A stretch of DNA of 64,000 nt from Candidatus Marinacidobacterium sp. (GTDB taxonomy: Bacteria; Acidobacteriota; Vicinamibacteria; Marinacidobacterales; Marinacidobacteraceae). This document shows, piece after piece, positions 61,883 to 64,000 of this stretch. The DNA lies in contig OZ242011.1 of the NCBI GenBank assembly GCA_965204755.1, forward strand, positions 3,488,001-3,552,000. Reading direction: 5' to 3'. Each line of letters opens with the position of its first letter. Position 1 is the first letter of the stretch. Below the pieces are notes generated by a model. That model was given only the letters and a program-made list of their open reading frames with translations, did no database searches and had not been told where the DNA came from. Position numbers and translations under genes: made by a program.

Positions 61883-64000
61883 TCAGTAGCGGAAGTCCAA
61901 CTCGACGCCGACTTCCCGGGGCGCCCCGGCGCGGCCGAAGGCGCCGAGGCGCGGGTCGCTCGGCGCCCAGGCCTCGACCAGGTAGTCCTCGTCCAGCAGG
62001 TTCCGCCCGTAGGCGAAGACCCCCCAACCGCCCCTCCGGTAGCCGAACCGGGCGTTGACCAGCGCGCGCCCGGGAACCCGGAACCGGGGATCGTTGTCGG
62101 CGGCGGAGAAGGACTCGCCCTGCGCCCCGACTTCCGCTCGCCCCGACCAGGATTCCGCGAAGCGCGCGGAGAGCCCGGCGAGCAGCGACCAGCGCGGCGC
62201 GTGGGGGAACTCGTTGCCGGTGAAGTCCCGGTCGGCGTCCCGGAATTCGTCGAACCGGGTCCGGAGCAGGCCGACGGAGGAATAGACCTGCAGTCCGGGG
62301 CGGAGCCAGTACCCGGCCTGCGCTTCGGCCCCGGTCAGCGTGGACTCCCCGGCGTTCACCGTCAGGGTGTCCACGGCCAGGCCCAGGTCGGTCAGCACCC
62401 GCACCTGCTGCGCGCTCCAGTCGGAGAGGAAGAAGTTGGCGTGGAGGAACCAGCGGCGGTCGGGCGCGCCGGCCCGGAGCGCCAACTCGTAGTTGTCGGT
62501 GAACTCCGGGTCGAAGTCGCTGACCTGCTGGCTCAGCACGGCCACCGAACGCCCTCCGGCCCGGTAGCCCCGCTGCCAGGACGCCGAAGCGGAGAACGCC
62601 GGGGTGAACGCCCGGGTCAGCGCCGCCTTCGGCAGGAACGCGCGGTAGGACGTTTCCACGACCTCGCCGGAAGAGGGCGCGGGCGGGAACGCCGGGAGGG
62701 GCGGGTCGGAGACGACGCCCTGGATGTTCTCGGTCTCGCGGCGCTCGTCGTCGTAACGGGCGCCCAGCGTCACGGTCCACGCGTCGGACAGTTCCAGGTC
62801 CGCCTCCCCGAACAGCGCGGCGTTCCGGGTCCGCTCGTCGGTCGAGAAGAACGAAGTCAGCGTGAAACCGGGGGGCAGGCCGGCGAGTTCCCCGGGCCCG
62901 GCGGCGTCCGCCCGCAGGCGGTCGTCGAGGTCCGCGTAGTGGAACCCGAGGACGCCGCGCCGCCGGCCGCCGCCTTCGTAGCGCAGGAGCAACTGCTGGG
63001 TCGCCCACCGGTCGTCGGTGGTGTAGTCGAGGACGCCGGCCGGGGCGGGAGACCCGTCGAGGTCCTCTTCGCGCCGGTAGTCGTGGGCGTAGAGCGTGGA
63101 GACGGACTCGAGGGTGAGGGTGTCCGTCCACCGGTAGCCCAGTTCGAGGACCCCGAACCGGTGGCGCGAGCCGTCGTCGGCGGGATGGTCGGACAGGTTG
63201 ACCCGCTCGGCGGGGAAGCGCGACGCCAGGATCCGCGAGTCGCCCCCCCGGCTGTCCGTCCGGGCCACGGTGAGCAGCCCGCGGAGCCGGGGCGTGGGGT
63301 CGAACCGCAGTTTGGCGCGCAGCGTCTCGGCGGTGCGTCCGTCGTAGTCCTCCTCGCCCCGGGTCGGGGCGCTCACGAACCCGTCGCCCTCCCGCCGGTC
63401 GAAGGCGACGCGGAGCGCGGCGCGGCCTTCGACGAGCGGCACATTGGCGACCCCGGAGACCTGCCTCGCCGCCGCGTTGCCCAGGCGGACGCGGCCCCGG
63501 AAGCCGGTTCGGTACTCGGGATCGGCGGTGCGCAGCACGATGGCCCCGGCGAGGGCGTTCCGGCCCTGCTGGGTGGACTGCGGGCCCCGGAAGATCTCCA
63601 CGCGGTCGAGGTCCCAAGTGCTGAACGGCCCGAAGAACGACCCCTGGTACCCCTGCACCGCGGCGCCGTCCACCTGCGCGCTCAGGAGAAGGCCGCTTCC
63701 GGAGCCGAAACCGCTCTGGCTCACGCCGCGAATGAGGAAGCCCCGGACATCGGAGGACGAGGACGCATTCGGCGTCATCGCCACGAGTTGGTGGAGGTCG
63801 GCCTCCGTCCCGGTGGCCAGCCGCTCCCGGTCGGCCACCGCCACGCTCACCGTGGTCTCCCCGAGACCGCGCTCCACCCGCTGCCCGGTTACGACGATCC
63901 GTTCCGCGAAAGCGAGGTCGAGGGCGACGGCGAGGCGGACTTCCCCCTCGCCGGCCACGGTGAATTCCTCCGTCGCCTCGGCGAACCCCGGCCGCGAGAC
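61883..64000 (-). CDS. TonB-dependent receptor (5' end beyond window)
   Basis: TonB-box-like ERIVVTG, plug motif RVEIFRGPQST..GRNALAGAI, beta-barrel, NLLDEDY and terminal aromatic (DFRY). The frame stays open to the window edge. Confidence 0.93.
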   Translation of the reverse strand, partial: VSRPGFAEATEEFTVAGEGEVRLAVALDLAFAERIVVTGQRVERGLGETTVSVAVADRERLATGTEADLHQLVAMTPNASSSSDVRGFLIRGVSQSGFGSGSGLLLSAQVDGAAVQGYQGSFFGPFSTWDLDRVEIFRGPQSTQQGRNALAGAIVLRTADPEYRTGFRGRVRLGNAAARQVSGVANVPLVEGRAALRVAFDRREGDGFVSAPTRGEEDYDGRTAETLRAKLRFDPTPRLRGLLTVARTDSRGGDSRILASRFPAERVNLSDHPADDGSRHRFGVLELGYRWTDTLTLESVSTLYAHDYRREEDLDGSPAPAGVLDYTTDDRWATQQLLLRYEGGGRRRGVLGFHYADLDDRLRADAAGPGELAGLPPGFTLTSFFSTDERTRNAALFGEADLELSDAWTVTLGARYDDERRETENIQGVVSDPPLPAFPPAPSSGEVVETSYRAFLPKAALTRAFTPAFSASASWQRGYRAGGRSVAVLSQQVSDFDPEFTDNYELALRAGAPDRRWFLHANFFLSDWSAQQVRVLTDLGLAVDTLTVNAGESTLTGAEAQAGYWLRPGLQVYSSVGLLRTRFDEFRDADRDFTGNEFPHAPRWSLLAGLSARFAESWSGRAEVGAQGESFSAADNDPRFRVPGRALVNARFGYRRGGWGVFAYGRNLLDEDYLVEAWAPSDPRLGAFGRAGAPREVGVELDFRY

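Overview
Very GC-rich diderm bacterial chromosome segment (LolA, TonB receptor, autotransporter-like barrel). The gene mix suggests an Acidobacteriota-like, possibly host-associated organism, but this is inference only. Contents in order: (1) lolA and tRNA-Ala(CGC). (2) A minus-strand aromatic-biosynthesis operon, trpE-trpG-aroF-aroB-[repeat-array ORF]-aroA-aroK/D/E fusion-aroC, with divergent tyrA. (3) A TPR/SLH lipoprotein and a TlpA-like thioredoxin. (4) A decayed dnaK copy carrying a small unrelated ORF, then dnaK-dnaJ-hspR-DnaC/IstB-like ATPase. (5) Creatininase-family, dehalogenase/QueG-like Fe-S, ECF sigma/anti-sigma, YbjQ and MaoC genes. (6) An ActP-type symporter divergent from a form I CO dehydrogenase cluster (coxMSL plus XdhC/CoxF-YHS). 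(7) A ~29.6 kb, ~9,900 aa Calx-beta-repeat surface protein. (8) A partial TonB-dependent receptor. The most unusual items are: 14 exact, co-oriented, mostly helically phased copies of GAATTGTGTATAG (containing a DnaA-box-like 9-mer) inside an ORF translationally coupled to both aroB and aroA; gene order colinear with the eukaryotic AROM protein; strong AGCT/ACGT depletion consistent with 5mC deamination; a two-copy MITE-like element; and the dnaK remnant cassette.
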